Positions 61,671 to 64,000 of a stretch of DNA of 64,000 nucleotides are shown in pieces; the first letter of the stretch is position 1, and each line of letters opens with the position of its first letter. The position numbers and the translations under genes were made by a program. Location: contig JBMNJG010000002.1 in NCBI GenBank assembly GCA_050951545.1, forward strand, positions 64,001 to 128,000, given 5' to 3'. The notes below the pieces were generated by a model. It searched no databases. It had not been told where the DNA came from and was given only the letters and a program-made list of their open reading frames with translations. The DNA comes from Limnochordia bacterium. Its GTDB lineage: Bacteria; Bacillota; Limnochordia; DTU080.

Positions 61671-62155
61671 ATGAGTATAGCCACTCCCATCGCGATGAGA
61701 AGAGCAAAGCCGAGGCTGAGGGCGTTGCGCACAAAGGCGAATTTCCGACCGAAGTGCTTGATCTCAATGGGCAGGGTTACGAGTCCCACCATGGTCAGCG
61801 AGGTGATAAAGGCTGCGACGGCCACCAGATGAGCGCCTTTTTCCACTAGCGAGGAGGCCAAAGGAAAGGCGACAAATGCTGGCAACAGGGTGATAGCTCC
61901 AATCAGAGCTCCCCACAGAGCACTCAACCAGGCGCTTGGTTGCCCCAGCAGGGATTTGATGGTACTGGCTGGGACCAGGGTCAGTAGCAGCCCAACCAGA
62001 GCCAAAATGACAGTGATCTCACCTGCCAAGTTCAGAAACATGCCCTTGGCCATACCCAAGCTCTGCACGGTCTTTCGTCGATCTCGGGCCAATGAGACTA
62101 CAAGAGCGATCAGCGTCAACGCTAAGAGAATCACGGTGCTTATCACGGCTGTCAC
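61667..62155 (-). CDS. DUF318-like permease subunit
   Basis: GAITLLPAFVAFPLA, LTMVG, EIKHFG...RN; GTG start after GAGGAG. Confidence 0.75.
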   Translation of the reverse strand: MTAVISTVILLALTLIALVVSLARDRRKTVQSLGMAKGMFLNLAGEITVILALVGLLLTLVPASTIKSLLGQPSAWLSALWGALIGAITLLPAFVAFPLASSLVEKGAHLVAVAAFITSLTMVGLVTLPIEIKHFGRKFAFVRNALSLGFALLIAMGVAILI

Positions 62156-62233
62156 GATCTCTCCTCTGAAAATGATGTGATGCTGTGCGGGCATGTTGGC
62201 GGCTGCTCTCAGTGTTCGCTCCGCAGTGAGAAG

Positions 62234-62251
62234 TGAATGAACGTTCACTCA
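62234..62251. promoter_or_regulatory. TetR-type operator
   Basis: TGAATGA-ACGT-TCACTCA; related site at 62909. Confidence 0.6.
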
Positions 62252-62799
62252 ATCCGGTGACTAGGCAAACGCTGGCTGACGAAGAGGGTGCACATAAGCT
62301 GCACTGCAGCTTCGACGTCAATATCCCTGGACAGCAGAAAGCGCATCGACAGTGCCTGAAGGGCCCCAAAGGCAATGGTCCCTATGAGGCCGCTGTCGCC
62401 ATCGGGCCTCAGTAGCTCGCCGATGAGCCCAGGTATCTGAGAGGCGTACTCTTCCATGGGGGCAAACTCATGTTTTAGGGGAAAGCGATACTCTTGAATC
62501 ATCAGCTTCGCCAATGATGGGTTCTGGCGTAATTCCGCGAAATGCAGGCGAAGGAAGGTCTCAAACCGCTGATTGATAGGCCTGTTTTGTGCGAGCAGTG
62601 TCTGCAGCAGCTGTGCCCTGTGGTGGCATTCCACTTCAAAGATGTAGCCCAAGATCTCCTCTTTGCTCCGAAAATAGTTGTAGATTGTTCCTACGGAAAC
62701 CTCCGCAGTGTCAGCAATCTCTTGGATGGTGGTCTCATAGAAGCCCCCCTTGGCAATGACATCCACGGCAGCCAATCTGATCTGCTCTCGCCGGGTCAA
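62245..62799 (-). CDS. TetR/AcrR family regulator
   Basis: TTIQEIADTAEVSVGTIYNYFRSKEEI. Confidence 0.92.
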   Translation of the reverse strand: MTRREQIRLAAVDVIAKGGFYETTIQEIADTAEVSVGTIYNYFRSKEEILGYIFEVECHHRAQLLQTLLAQNRPINQRFETFLRLHFAELRQNPSLAKLMIQEYRFPLKHEFAPMEEYASQIPGLIGELLRPDGDSGLIGTIAFGALQALSMRFLLSRDIDVEAAVQLMCTLFVSQRLPSHRIE

Positions 62800-62908
62800 T
62801 CTCGCTTGCCTCCTCTGAAAATCCGTCTACGTTGCGGTGAACACCTGCCGCAGCCGCCTCGACTTCCGCGCGTGGCTGGCCGTCGACACGTGTACTCCTT
62901 CGTGCGAC

Positions 62909-62926
62909 TGACTGAACGGTCACTCA
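62909..62926. promoter_or_regulatory. TetR-type operator (autoregulatory)
   Basis: TGACTGA-ACGG-TCACTCA, just downstream of a minus-strand TTGACA-N18-TATCCT promoter. Confidence 0.6.
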
Positions 62927-63102
62927 TTTGCTAGGATACCCTAGCAAATGAGGCATTGTCAAGGGGCAAGGTCTGGTTGGCGCTCGGTTGACGAGGGCGC
63001 GCCAGTAGGTCTGACCCCTGTTTCTCAGTCTCTTCGGTCATCCAGTCATAAGCGAACCTCAGGTTCTCGTACTAATGAGGGAGTCGGAGGTGACGCGCTC
63101 TT

Positions 63103-64000
63103 ATGACTCTAGCGAAGAGGAAGCTGTCTTGGAGCGACCGGGTCGGTGCCATACTCACCGTGGCTGCTTGTTTGTTGCTCCTGTGGCATCCGCAAGATGC
63201 TATCAAGGGAGGGCTGCAGGGACTCAGGATTTTCGGTGAGATCGTGCTCCCGTCACTGCTTCCCTTTTTTGTGGCCTCTGAGATCCTGATCGGTCTAGGG
63301 TTAGTCCATTTTCTTGGTGCTCTCGTGGAGCCACTCATGAGGCCTCTGTTCAACGTGCCAGGCGTAGGCTCGTTTGTCTGGAGCATGGGATTGGCTGCGG
63401 GTTATCCGATGGATGCTGTGATCACTGCGAAGCTGCGTCATGCTGGCGATTGCACTCGCGTGGAGGGTGAACGGCTCCTTGCCTTCACTAACACCGCCGA
63501 CCCTCTGTTTTTGCTGGGAGCGGTTGCAGTCGGGATGCTTGGTATGCCGGCGGTCGGCTTTCATCTCGCTACGGCTCATTATGCCTCAGCGATAGCCGTA
63601 GGGTTGCTCTTTCGCTTCTACGGGAGGAAAGAGCCTGATGGATCGGCGGTTCCCAGGGAGAACAGGATTAGGGACGGGTACCTGCAGCACGCTTGGCATG
63701 AGTTGTATCGGGCGCGTGAACAAGACGGCCGGCCTTTGGGTAGACTGTTGGCGGATGCCATGGCAGATTCCACACAGACCCTGATCCGCATCGGCGGATT
63801 CATCATGTTTTTCGCCGCCCTTATCAGGTTGTTGGATACTACAGGGGCACTGCAGTGGATTTGCGCTCCGTTGAGTTGGCCTTTGGCCGTTCTTGGCTGG
63901 GAGAAGGAGCTGAGTATGGGGTTGGCAGCTGGTCTTATGGAGCTCGATGTGGGATCGGCTATGGTGGCAACTGCACCAGCACCTCTTATGCAGCGGCTGG
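63103..64000 (+). CDS. ylbJ: Sporulation integral membrane protein YlbJ (3'-truncated by the window)
   Basis: Manual translation VLPSLLPFFVASEIL...EPLMRPLFNVPGVG...GYPMDA; RBS GGAGGTG. Confidence 0.88.
   Translation, partial: MTLAKRKLSWSDRVGAILTVAACLLLLWHPQDAIKGGLQGLRIFGEIVLPSLLPFFVASEILIGLGLVHFLGALVEPLMRPLFNVPGVGSFVWSMGLAAGYPMDAVITAKLRHAGDCTRVEGERLLAFTNTADPLFLLGAVAVGMLGMPAVGFHLATAHYASAIAVGLLFRFYGRKEPDGSAVPRENRIRDGYLQHAWHELYRAREQDGRPLGRLLADAMADSTQTLIRIGGFIMFFAALIRLLDTTGALQWICAPLSWPLAVLGWEKELSMGLAAGLMELDVGSAMVATAPAPLMQRL

Overview
This window is the replication-origin region of a moderately GC-rich, spore-forming Bacillota genome; a Limnochordia-like lineage is my inference from gene content. 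The core is the conserved origin cluster: parB-parA-rsmG-mnmG-mnmE-jag-yidC-yidD-rnpA-rpmH on the minus strand, then oriC, dnaA-dnaN-yaaA-recF-remB-gyrB and gyrA on the plus strand. It has DnaA boxes, DnaA-trios and two perfect parS sites. Other housekeeping genes are ychF, a Re-type citrate synthase with a CitR-like regulator, fhs, pheA, lipM-gcvPB-gcvPA-gcvH-gcvT, ilvE, larB/larC, proS, three tRNAs and ylbJ. The strongest unexplained signal is a pair of paralogous ~354-aa tandem-HTH plus PD-(D/E)XK-like nuclease genes (4872-5936 minus, 59073-60134 plus). Each is preceded by multi-copy long non-coding repeats and an identically spaced SigH-like promoter overlapping LexA-like boxes. Each is followed by a related ISKra4-like terminal sequence, making this a candidate undescribed SOS-responsive mobile or nuclease module. 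Other notable items: an internally deleted IscB/omegaRNA (HEARO) remnant, an MscS channel fused to a ParB/Srx domain, a YcgR-N/FlhG fusion in the parAB operon, a ~160-nt structured gyrB leader, a NiCo riboswitch, and proS inserted between rpmH and dnaA. All family calls are from motif recognition by eye; no database search was run.
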